In this document: positions 1 to 8,357 of the stretch, piece after piece
How the letters are laid out: every line of letters starts with the position of its first letter
Numbering within the stretch: position 1 is the first letter of the stretch
Origin: Faecousia sp.
GTDB lineage: Bacteria; Bacillota; Clostridia; Oscillospirales; Oscillospiraceae
Assembly (NCBI GenBank): GCA_045635305.1
Contig: JAZRBW010000101.1
Coordinates: 28,749 to 92,748, forward strand
DNA length: 64,000 bases
Direction: 5' to 3'
Program-made: the position numbers and the translations under genes
Notes under the pieces: generated by a model
Databases searched by the model: none
What the model was told of the DNA's origin: nothing
Seen by the model: the letters and a program-made list of their open reading frames with translations, nothing else

Positions 1-6
1 GCATTT

Positions 7-318
7 ATGGCGATGCTGGCCATCGGTGTGGGCTTTAAGCTAAGCGGTGAGAAACATCAGATCGGTTGTATTTTCAGAATACTTGGTACGCGTTATGCTA
101 TAGCAGCAGTGCTTGCAGTGTGCTTTTATTTCCTTCTACCGTTCCCACTGGAGATCCGTCAGGCGCTTGTGATTCTGTGCTTTGCACCAATTAGCACCGC
201 TGTGCCGCCTTTTACCAGAGAGATGGGGGGCGACGCAGGATTATCTTCTGCAATCAACTCAATCGCCATTGTTTGCAGTATGGTGTTGATGGTGACGCTT
301 CTTGGTATAATGCTATAA
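7..318 (+). CDS. AEC (auxin efflux carrier) family transporter, C-terminal part, truncated by the window edge
   Basis: Hydrophobic helices with MLAIG...APIS..VP.F...G.D..LSS.IN pattern typical of AEC C-termini. Confidence 0.7.
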   Translation: MAMLAIGVGFKLSGEKHQIGCIFRILGTRYAIAAVLAVCFYFLLPFPLEIRQALVILCFAPISTAVPPFTREMGGDAGLSSAINSIAIVCSMVLMVTLLGIML

Positions 319-348
319 AAAGATCCGCCTTCATAGGCGGATCTCTTT
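317..348. terminator. Bidirectional intrinsic terminator
   Basis: AGATCCGCCT-TCAT-AGGCGGATCT hairpin flanked by A and T runs, between convergent genes. Confidence 0.85.
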
Positions 349-1321
349 ACATCTGATTGGCGATGAGCGCGCGAATATCCTCGTTGTTTTCTATTTGAGA
401 CGGTACGGCGTTTTGTAACGCATTTTTTTCATAGCGACAACCACAGAATGCGGGCTCCAGAAGAGAGGCCACAGACCAGTCCATGGCGTCAGAATAGACC
501 TTACTGGAGATGATGATGCCGTTTTCCACCTGAAGGCAGATCTGAATACCGCCCCAGGGGAATCGATCTTCGAATTCGACTGTAAAAGGAAGCTTCTGAC
601 CGTAGTTCCACTGCCAACTGGCGTTGCGCTGTCTTAAAGTCTCAATGGTATCATGATCCAGATCCTCGTGTCGGATCACAGTCATGGGCATGGCATAAAC
701 CTTTTGGAAGGCCTTTGTCATGCTATCTTTCATGGTTTCAACAGTGATAGCAGGGGAGAGCTCATTCAGATTTACAACTCGGCTGCGAACGGAATCCACG
801 CCCTTTGCCTGCAGCTTTGCCTTTGACGGATTCAGATAGCGGCCCAGCTTGGTCATATCCACATCGATGAGTAATGTGCCATGATGATAGGCCTGCTTGC
901 CATTTTTGTAAAAGGCATTGCCGGAGAATTTCCTGCCCTCTGCCAGCACATCATTTCTGCCGGAACGCTCGCTCTTAAGCCCCAGCAGAGAAATGGCCTC
1001 TGCGATGACAGAAAACTGCCGATCCAGGTCATAGTCATCCTGTGGCATCAGAAAGGTGAAGTTTAGATTCCCCAAATCATGATAGACGGCACCGCCACCG
1101 GAGAGACGACGTGCCAAAAAACCGCCCTCCTCAGAAAGAAGGGCGGTTCTGCATTCTTTCCATGCGTTCTGATTCTTGCCGATAACCACTGTATTCTGAT
1201 TTTGCCAAAGGAAGAGGATGCAAGCATCCTCTTCCACGGTTTCCATCAAATATTGCTCGGTCGCAAGATTCAGATAGGGATCAAAACTGTTACTTTCGTA
1301 AAGCTTGATCTTATTTATCAT
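347..1321 (-). CDS. lplA: Lipoate-protein ligase A
   Basis: RRLSGGGAVYHDLGNLN, GRND, RKFSGNA, HHGTLL and SVRSRV motifs; last gene of the gcv operon. Confidence 0.93.
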   Translation of the reverse strand: MINKIKLYESNSFDPYLNLATEQYLMETVEEDACILFLWQNQNTVVIGKNQNAWKECRTALLSEEGGFLARRLSGGGAVYHDLGNLNFTFLMPQDDYDLDRQFSVIAEAISLLGLKSERSGRNDVLAEGRKFSGNAFYKNGKQAYHHGTLLIDVDMTKLGRYLNPSKAKLQAKGVDSVRSRVVNLNELSPAITVETMKDSMTKAFQKVYAMPMTVIRHEDLDHDTIETLRQRNASWQWNYGQKLPFTVEFEDRFPWGGIQICLQVENGIIISSKVYSDAMDWSVASLLEPAFCGCRYEKNALQNAVPSQIENNEDIRALIANQM

Positions 1322-2718
1322 GCCTGCCAGCGAACGATGGGGGTACGGGTAGCACGCACATCATCAGGACGGGTGATGGGCATATGATGGGGAGCACCAT
1401 GCATGTACTCGGGATCCTTGAAGCCCAGCTCGTACAGATTGCGGAAGACCTCAGCGGCCCAATCCAGGGTTTCTCTGGACTCGGTCTCGGTGGGTTCCAG
1501 CATCAGTGCCTCATGGACGATCAGGGGGAAGTACATCGTGGGAGGATGCATACCGTTGTCGATCAGGGACTTGGCAACGTCCATAGCGGAAACACCGGTC
1601 TCCTTCAGGTACTTGCTCAGATCCAGTACGAACTCGTGCATGCAGATACGATCGAAGGCGGGAGTGAAGGTGCCCTTGATCTTCTCCTGCAGGTAGTTGG
1701 CGTTCAGAACAGCGTTCTTAGCAGCCTCGGGGATGCCCATCTTACCCAGAGTCATAACATAGGTCAGAGCCTTGATGACAACCAGGAAGTTACCGGCAAA
1801 GGCCTTGACCTGGATGGAATCGCCGCCGTCCATCATCTTGGACTTGGGCATGAACTGAGCCAGATGGGCCTTGCAGCCAACAGCACCGGCGCCAGGGCCG
1901 CCGCCGCCGTGGGGAGTGGCGAAGGTCTTATGCAGGTTGGAGTGGATGCAGTCGAAGCCCATATCGCCGGGACGGACAACGCCCATAACAGCATTCAGGT
2001 TGGCACCGTCGTAGTAGCACTGGCCACCGGCCTCGTGAACCAGTCGGGTGATCTCCAGGATGTTCTCATCGAAGATACCAACGGTGTTGGGGTTGGTCAG
2101 CATCAAGCCGGCAGTGTCCTCACCCAGAACAGCCTTCAGAGCTTCCAGATCGACACAGCCGTTGGGAGCAGAGGGAATGTTCACGATGGTAAAGCCACAC
2201 ATAGCGGCGGTAGCGGGGTTAGTGCCGTGAGCAGAGTCGGGAACAATGATCTTGGTACGCTTGAGGTCACCGCGGGACTCATGGTACTGCTTGATCAGCA
2301 TAACGCCGGTGAACTCGCCGTGGGCGCCGGCAGCAGGCTGGAAGGTGCAGCAATCCATACCAAAGATCTCGTTGAAGTACTTCTCAGCAACATCCAGAGC
2401 CTCCTGGCAGCCTTCCACAGTGTGCTTGGGGGCCAGGGGATGCACGCCGGTGAAGCCGGGCAGGGCAGCCATCTCTTCGTTGATGCGGGGGTTGTACTTC
2501 ATGGTGCAGGAGCCCAGAGGATAGAAGCCGTCGTTGACGCCATGAACCTGCTTGTTCAGCTCGGTGTAGTGACGGCTCAGATCGTTTTCACTGATCTCGG
2601 GCAGCTTGGGTGCGCTGGTACGAACCAGGGAGGCGGGCAGAGCGACTTCTTCCACGTCGCAAGCGGGCAGATACTGCATACCACGACCGGGAACGCTTCT
2701 TTCAAAAACAAGCTTCAT
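1318..2718 (-). CDS. gcvPB: Glycine dehydrogenase (decarboxylating) subunit 2
   Basis: YPLGSCTMKYNP, SAHGTNPA and PLP-lysine motif LHKTFATPHGGGGPG; ATG at 2718 overlaps the gcvPA stop (TAATG). Confidence 0.95.
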   Translation of the reverse strand: MKLVFERSVPGRGMQYLPACDVEEVALPASLVRTSAPKLPEISENDLSRHYTELNKQVHGVNDGFYPLGSCTMKYNPRINEEMAALPGFTGVHPLAPKHTVEGCQEALDVAEKYFNEIFGMDCCTFQPAAGAHGEFTGVMLIKQYHESRGDLKRTKIIVPDSAHGTNPATAAMCGFTIVNIPSAPNGCVDLEALKAVLGEDTAGLMLTNPNTVGIFDENILEITRLVHEAGGQCYYDGANLNAVMGVVRPGDMGFDCIHSNLHKTFATPHGGGGPGAGAVGCKAHLAQFMPKSKMMDGGDSIQVKAFAGNFLVVIKALTYVMTLGKMGIPEAAKNAVLNANYLQEKIKGTFTPAFDRICMHEFVLDLSKYLKETGVSAMDVAKSLIDNGMHPPTMYFPLIVHEALMLEPTETESRETLDWAAEVFRNLYELGFKDPEYMHGAPHHMPITRPDDVRATRTPIVRWQA

Positions 2719-4034
2719 TATGCGCACACCTCCTTCACAATTGCGACAGCTCTGTCGAGGTCGGCCTTGGTGACCTTCTCAGTGCAGCACCACAGAACGC
2801 CCTCTTCGATCTTCAGACCGCCCAGAATGTCAGCGTTCTCCAGAGCCTTCAGAACTTCGTCAGCCTTGGACATCTCGGTAACAAACTCATGGAAATAATC
2901 GCCGGTGAACTTAAGGCTGACACCGGGGATCTTGCACAGCTCATTGGCCAGGTAGTGAGCCTTAGCCATGGACTGCTTTGCGGCCTGAGCCATGCCCACG
3001 GGACCCATAGCGGACACGTAGACACCAGCGGTCAGAGCACACAGAGCCTGGTTGGAGCAGATGTTGGAGCTGGCCTTCTCACGGCGGATGTGCTGCTCAC
3101 GAGCCTGCAGAGCCAGGCAGAAAGCGCGGCGGCCTTCGGTATCAACGGTCTCACCGACGATACGGCCGGGCAGCTTACGCATATGCTTGGTGGTGGTAGC
3201 CATGAAGCCCAGGAAGGGACCGCCATAACTCAGGGGCATACCCAGAGGCTGTGCTTCACCGACAGCAACGTCAGCGCCGCACTCGACGGGAGTCTTCATG
3301 ATAGCCAGAGCGATAGGGTTGCAGCCCATCACATACATGGCACCAGCCTCATGGGTCAGTTTGCCGATCTCCTCAGCCTCTTCGAACTGGCCGAAGAAGT
3401 TGGGCTGCTGAATATAAACGGAGGCTACATCGGCGCCCAGCATTTCCTTCAGAGCCTCCAGGTCGGTCTTGCCGTCCTTGGCGGGAACGATCTTCATTGC
3501 ATCACCGGTGCCGTAGCAGTAGGTGCGAATGGTATTGATGACTTCGGGATTGGTGGTAGCGGAGACCAGGGTGACCTTGCGCTTACGGTCACGGCACATA
3601 GCAGCAGCCTCAGCAGCAGCGGTAGCGCCGTCGTAAACAGAAGCGTTGGAAACGTCCATGCCGGTCAGCTCACAGATGATGGACTGATACTCGAAGATGG
3701 ACTGCAGAATGCCCTGGCTCATTTCAGCCTGATAGGGAGTGTAAGCGGTCAGGAACTCTTCCTTGGCGGGAACGTACTTGACAATGGAGGGGATGTAGTG
3801 GTCATATGCACCGGCGCCGCGCAGCACAACAGGGAACACATGGTTCTTTGCAGCCATAGCAGCAACAGCACGGCCAACTTCCATCTCGCTCATGCCTTCG
3901 GGAATGTTCAGGTCGCCGTCATTCAGGAGCATCTCCTGGGGAACGTCCTTATACAGATCCTTAAAGTCGTTCAGGCCAATGGCCTTGAGCATTTCAAGCC
4001 GCTCTTCCTTGGTAGAAGGAATGTAGCTGGCCAT
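2718..4034 (-). CDS. gcvPA: Glycine dehydrogenase (decarboxylating) subunit 1
   Basis: GAGAYDH, TAYTPYQAEMSQG, NASVYDG and REQHIRREKASSNICSNQ motifs. Confidence 0.95.
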   Translation of the reverse strand: MASYIPSTKEERLEMLKAIGLNDFKDLYKDVPQEMLLNDGDLNIPEGMSEMEVGRAVAAMAAKNHVFPVVLRGAGAYDHYIPSIVKYVPAKEEFLTAYTPYQAEMSQGILQSIFEYQSIICELTGMDVSNASVYDGATAAAEAAAMCRDRKRKVTLVSATTNPEVINTIRTYCYGTGDAMKIVPAKDGKTDLEALKEMLGADVASVYIQQPNFFGQFEEAEEIGKLTHEAGAMYVMGCNPIALAIMKTPVECGADVAVGEAQPLGMPLSYGGPFLGFMATTTKHMRKLPGRIVGETVDTEGRRAFCLALQAREQHIRREKASSNICSNQALCALTAGVYVSAMGPVGMAQAAKQSMAKAHYLANELCKIPGVSLKFTGDYFHEFVTEMSKADEVLKALENADILGGLKIEEGVLWCCTEKVTKADLDRAVAIVKEVCA

Positions 4035-4037
4035 GAA

Positions 4038-4415
4038 TTAGCCCTCCTCAGCGCAGAAAGCCTCGTAAGCAGCAGCGTCCAGCAGCTCCTCAGTGGCAGT
4101 GACCTTCTCGACCTTGATGATCCAGGAGCCGTAGGGATCAGAGTTCAGGTTCTCGGGGGAGTCAGCCAGCTCTTCGTTAACTTCGACGATAATGCCGGTA
4201 ACGGGGGAGTTGACATCGGAAACAGCCTTAACGGATTCGACGTCGCCGAAGGACTCACCAGCGGTCACTTCGTCGCCAACTTCGGGCAGGTTGATGAACA
4301 CAACGTCACCCAGAGCGTCCTGAGCAAAGTCGGAGATGCCGATGACAGCGATGTCGCCTTCCATCTTCATCCACTCGTGGTCCTTGGTATACTTCAGTTC
4401 AGCGGGGAAATTCAT
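4038..4415 (-). CDS. gcvH: Glycine cleavage system H protein
   Basis: YTKDHEW, GISDFAQDALGD and lipoyl-lysine motif VESVKAVSD; GGAGG SD before ATG 4415. Confidence 0.95.
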   Translation of the reverse strand: MNFPAELKYTKDHEWMKMEGDIAVIGISDFAQDALGDVVFINLPEVGDEVTAGESFGDVESVKAVSDVNSPVTGIIVEVNEELADSPENLNSDPYGSWIIKVEKVTATEELLDAAAYEAFCAEEG

Positions 4416-4477
4416 AGTAATTACCTCCAATAATATAATGTTTGTTGTTAATATCTATCCGTCTAGAGACGGGTGGA

Positions 4478-5668
4478 TTACTTGTTGATAACGGCCTTGC
4501 CGTAGGGGGGATCGTTCTGAACCATGTGCTTGGCGACAACAACAGCCTTCAGCTTCTTGCCACGGACGTCAACAAAGACCTCGTCGCCGGTCTGGGGATT
4601 GCCGCTGATGCAAGCAAAACCGATGGAACGCTTGCCAGTGGTTTCCTTCAGAATGGTGGCAGCGCCTTCGCCCTCATAATCCCAGTAGGGGACCATGGTG
4701 CCAGAGGTGACCCAGCCAGCCTTCTCTTCGCCCTTATAGATAGCCATGCCGGCACGGATAACGCCGCGGTCGACCAGAGCGATGGGAACGATCTTGGTAG
4801 TCAGGTTAGCCTTCTGATCCTCCAGGGCAGCCTTGCCGACGAACTCGCCCTTCTCTTCAGCAAAGCTGACAGCGAAGCGGGACAGGGGAACGGAGAAGAT
4901 CTTAATCTCGGAGCCATCGGGGGTTTCGTCACCCATTTCATGGCCGTACAGGGGCAGACCGGCTTCCAGACGAAGGGTATCACGGGCACCCAGAGCGATG
5001 GGCTTGGCACCCAGCTCCATCAGGCGGTTCCACAGCCACATAGCTTCAGCGCTTTCGATGAACAGCTCATAGCCGATGGGCTCACCGGTGTAGCCGGTAC
5101 GGGACAGCCAAACCTTGCGGCCTTCCATCATGGCAAAGCCCAGGTCGTTCTTCTTGGGACCAACGGGAACCTCGCCGCCGATCAGCTGGCTCAGGATCTT
5201 GTCGGTATCGGGACCCTGGATAGCGATGGATGCGCACTTGTCAGTCATATTGGTGACGGTGCAGTTGAACTTGGGCAGAATGGTGGCAAAATGAGCCAGA
5301 TCCTTATCCGTGTTGGAAGCGTTGACGACCAGCATATAACGGTCTTCTTCGTACATGTAGACGTATGCATCGTCCACAGCGCCGCCTTCAGCGTTGGGGA
5401 TCATGCAGTACTGTGCACGGCCGGGCTTGACCAGGGCGACGTTGCTGGACAGAACGTGCTGCATGAAAGCCAAACGATCGGGGCCTTCGATCAGCAGACG
5501 ACCCATGTGGGAAACGTCGAAGATGCCGCAGGCGCTACGGGTGGTCAGGTGCTCGGTCACGATACCAGCGGGATACTGGATGGGCATTTCCCAGCCGCCA
5601 AAGTCAACCATGGTGCCGCCGGCAGCCAGGTGGGCTTCATACAGCTGTGTACGCTTGAGTTCGCTCAT
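4478..5668 (-). CDS. gcvT: Glycine cleavage system aminomethyltransferase T
   Basis: FGGWEMP, FDVSHMG, SRTGYTGE and LGARDTLRLEAG motifs. Confidence 0.95.
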   Translation of the reverse strand: MSELKRTQLYEAHLAAGGTMVDFGGWEMPIQYPAGIVTEHLTTRSACGIFDVSHMGRLLIEGPDRLAFMQHVLSSNVALVKPGRAQYCMIPNAEGGAVDDAYVYMYEEDRYMLVVNASNTDKDLAHFATILPKFNCTVTNMTDKCASIAIQGPDTDKILSQLIGGEVPVGPKKNDLGFAMMEGRKVWLSRTGYTGEPIGYELFIESAEAMWLWNRLMELGAKPIALGARDTLRLEAGLPLYGHEMGDETPDGSEIKIFSVPLSRFAVSFAEEKGEFVGKAALEDQKANLTTKIVPIALVDRGVIRAGMAIYKGEEKAGWVTSGTMVPYWDYEGEGAATILKETTGKRSIGFACISGNPQTGDEVFVDVRGKKLKAVVVAKHMVQNDPPYGKAVINK

Positions 5669-5701
5669 TGGTATATTCCTCCTATAAAGTTGATTATGTA
5701 A

Positions 5702-6619
5702 TTAAATTCCGGCCTTTTCCAGAATAATGGGGACATTCTTTTCTGCGCCGATTGCCATGATATGCACACCGGGGCAGATGTTCTCTTCCTTGATCTTAGC
5801 AATCATTTCCGCAGCCATCTCGATTCCAAGCTGCATGGGCAGACCCTTGACACCGGTAGCCTTACCTTCGTCGGCAGCAGCCTGCAGACGGTCGATCATG
5901 TCCTGAGGCACATCGATACCGGGCACGTTCTGATTCATGAACTTGGCCATGCCAGCGGCCTTCAGGGGGATGATGCCCGCCATAATCGGCACATCAATAC
6001 CAGCGGCGTGGACATCGTCCATGAAACGCTTCAGCGTGTCGATGTCAAAAATACCCTGAGTCTGGATATACTTGGCACCGGCTTCCACCTTCTGACGCAG
6101 CTTATTGATCTGCAGGAAGCGGGGCTCGTAAACAGGGGTAACGGAAGCGCCTTTGAAGAACTTGGGAGCACCGCCGGTCAGGGCGTTGCCACCGCAGTCC
6201 AGGCCGGTTTCCTCCATCTTGGTCAGCATATTGAGGATGCCGACGGAGTCCAGGTCATAGACGGGCTTGGCATTCTTGCAGTCGCCAACAACGGGATGGT
6301 CGCCGGTCAGTGCCAGCATGGTGTCGATGCCGAAAGAAGCAGCGGACAGGATGTCACCCATGATGGCCATACGGTTGCGGTCACGGCCGGTGATCTGCAG
6401 AATGGGTTCCACGCCGTGGAGCTTCAACTGAGCGCACAAACCCAGAGAAGAAGCCTTCTGGCAGGCAGACTGCATATCGGTAACGTTGACACCGTGAACC
6501 TTTCCCTTTAAGAGCTGAGCAACTTCAAGAGCTTCGGTGAAATCATAACCTTTGGGCGGAGCCATCTCCGCGGTGATGGCAAATTGGCCATCAAGAAATG
6601 CTTTTTCTAACAGGCTCAT
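5702..6619 (-). CDS. metF: Methylenetetrahydrofolate reductase, flavoprotein subunit
   Basis: TAE.APPKG, NVTD, GRDRNR, LTGD, YDLDS, KVEAGA..IQTQ and GVHIM motifs. Confidence 0.9.
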   Translation of the reverse strand: MSLLEKAFLDGQFAITAEMAPPKGYDFTEALEVAQLLKGKVHGVNVTDMQSACQKASSLGLCAQLKLHGVEPILQITGRDRNRMAIMGDILSAASFGIDTMLALTGDHPVVGDCKNAKPVYDLDSVGILNMLTKMEETGLDCGGNALTGGAPKFFKGASVTPVYEPRFLQINKLRQKVEAGAKYIQTQGIFDIDTLKRFMDDVHAAGIDVPIMAGIIPLKAAGMAKFMNQNVPGIDVPQDMIDRLQAAADEGKATGVKGLPMQLGIEMAAEMIAKIKEENICPGVHIMAIGAEKNVPIILEKAGI

Positions 6620-7266
6620 TATTTCTTCTCCCTCAGATTGATATGTCTGGGATACGCGTTGTCGGCGTAGCCCTTGTCGGCACGGGTCATACCCATCTTG
6701 TCCAGCTGACCGATGGCGACCATACGGTTGTAGATCTGGATCCAGGCACAGTCGTTGTTGGGATCAACCTCGCACTTGCCGTTCTTCTGGCCGCCACAGG
6801 GGCCGTTGACCAGACTCTTGGCGCACTTGGTAATGGGGCAGATGCCACCGGTGGAGCCCAGAACGCAGTCACCGCACATACGGCAGTATTCGTGGAAAAT
6901 GCCGACACGCTCCACCTGACCCAGGAACATGGTGTTGTTGGCAGGATAGATGGGCAGGGCAACATTGTCCGCTACCGTTTGAACGCCGTCACCGCAGGCC
7001 ATACCAACGATGGCTTCGGCACCGGAGTCCTTGATGAACTTAGTGTCCTTCTTGACCAGCATCTTGTGGCAGCACTCATCGGGCAGGGCAGTGCCGACTA
7101 CCTCGAAGCCCTGTTCCTCCAGGAATGCCTTCATTTCCTGAACTTCCTTTTCGCCACCGGTTTGGCAGGCGGCAGCACAGTTGGCACAACCTACAATGGC
7201 GACCTTGTGAACACCCTGCAGCATAGCCAGCAGCTCTTCACGGGGTTTCTTGCTTGTGATGATCAT
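6619..7266 (-). CDS. metV: MTHFR small Fe-S/Zn subunit (MetV, MTHFR C-terminal domain protein)
   Basis: GCANCAAACQTGG, ACGDGVQ and CRMCGDC..CPITKCAKSLVNGPCGG..KCEV..CAW motifs; coupled to metF. Confidence 0.88.
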   Translation of the reverse strand: MIITSKKPREELLAMLQGVHKVAIVGCANCAAACQTGGEKEVQEMKAFLEEQGFEVVGTALPDECCHKMLVKKDTKFIKDSGAEAIVGMACGDGVQTVADNVALPIYPANNTMFLGQVERVGIFHEYCRMCGDCVLGSTGGICPITKCAKSLVNGPCGGQKNGKCEVDPNNDCAWIQIYNRMVAIGQLDKMGMTRADKGYADNAYPRHINLREKK

Positions 7267-7297
7267 GTTTGCATCTCCTTAAAATGTTGATGGCATG

Positions 7298-7325
7298 AAA
7301 AAACGCAAAACCGGGTGGTTTTGCG
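7298..7325 (-). terminator. Riboswitch expression-platform terminator
   Basis: Minus strand CGCAAAACC-ACCC-GGTTTTGCG then TTTTTT; its 5' base overlaps the aptamer-2 P1 strand. Confidence 0.85.
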
Positions 7326-7492
7326 CCTACGCTAATGTAGCCTGAGCGATTCCCCAAAAAATGGGTTGCGCCATCGGCGTGCGGATCGCCGCACTTTACG
7401 AAGCATCGTCATGACCCGGTCCTTTTGCCTGAGAGATTTTGCTTTCCCCTTCGGCTCCGTCTGAGGACGGTCTCTCCCGAATCAGTCATCCG
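7323..7492 (-). ncRNA. Tandem glycine riboswitch (transcriptional ON switch)
   Basis: Minus strand aptamer 1: GGAUGA..GGAGAGA-CCGUC/GACGG-GCCGAAGGG..UCUCUCAGGCAAAAGGAC. After the UGACGA linker, aptamer 2: GCCGAUGGCGCAA..AAUCGCUCAGG. Lies upstream of the gcv genes. Confidence 0.9.
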
Positions 7493-7532
7493 ATATATGC
7501 AGTTAAAAATGCGCGCAAAAATACACACTACG

Positions 7533-7561
7533 AGAATACCATATATTCCTATTTCCGTCAA
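7533..7561 (-). promoter_or_regulatory. Sigma-A promoter for the riboswitch/metVF-gcv operon
   Basis: TTGACG-N17-TATTCT with extended TG; the -35 lies in one arm of inverted repeat TCCGTCAAG/CTTGACGGA (7554-7583). Confidence 0.65.
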
Positions 7562-7624
7562 GTAATTTTTGCATCTTGACGGATGTTTTTACCCGTCAGC
7601 AGCCGCCTTTGTTGAATCTGACGG

Positions 7625-8200
7625 TCATACGCCCCTTTCGATACTGGCAATAATCCGGCAGACCATATTTTCTGCTTCCTGCGTCAACTGATCCAGGGTA
7701 ATATTGATTTTTCCTGCGAACCAATCCCGGTACAGATTTCCGAGTCCGCCTGCGCAAAAGCGGATCGTCAGTTCATACAGCCTGTGATCGCCAAAGCCAT
7801 AAACAGGCTCATGCTGCAGCATATAATCCAGCACATACTGGATCAGCCGTTCCTGCATCATCGCTGCTGCACCGGAATTCATAACCTTTCTGCAAAATTC
7901 CATATCTTCCTCCAGAAAGGTCTGTATCCGTTTCAGGAGCACGTGGGGAACATCAGCAAGCTGCTTTGGCTCCTCAGAAATCGCCTGCTCTATGGTGGAG
8001 AATACACCCATAATCAGATGATTGATCACATCCGGAATATCCGTATAGTGGGCATAAAAAGTTCCGCGATTGATCTGCGCGCGGTTTACGACATCCGTTA
8101 CGGTTATTTTATCGAGCGGCTTATCCTGCAGCAGATCCGCCAGAGATGCGATGATCATACGCTTGGATCGGATTGCACTGCGATACTCAGCTTTTGCCAT
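7625..8200 (-). CDS. TetR/AcrR family transcriptional regulator
   Basis: N-terminal HTH KITVTDVVNRAQINRGTFYAHY; divergent from the MMPL gene. Confidence 0.92.
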   Translation of the reverse strand: MAKAEYRSAIRSKRMIIASLADLLQDKPLDKITVTDVVNRAQINRGTFYAHYTDIPDVINHLIMGVFSTIEQAISEEPKQLADVPHVLLKRIQTFLEEDMEFCRKVMNSGAAAMMQERLIQYVLDYMLQHEPVYGFGDHRLYELTIRFCAGGLGNLYRDWFAGKINITLDQLTQEAENMVCRIIASIERGV

Positions 8201-8357
8201 AGAATACCTCCCATAAAATCAAACAAATTTGCAAATTGTGTACAAAATTGTCTATAATCTGCGTTATTGATGATTGCGCTGTCTACTCCTTGTTATTATA
8301 ATTGTCATATGTACAAAAATCAATAGCTGTCTGATTTTATTTACAGGAGGAATTCCT

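Noticed and set aside
1384-6511. Long plus-strand ORFs (504, 607, 419 and 249 aa) opposite gcv/metF
   Set aside because: Antisense shadows of strongly codon-biased genes; no SD or recognisable motifs, and the minus-strand proteins are unambiguous.
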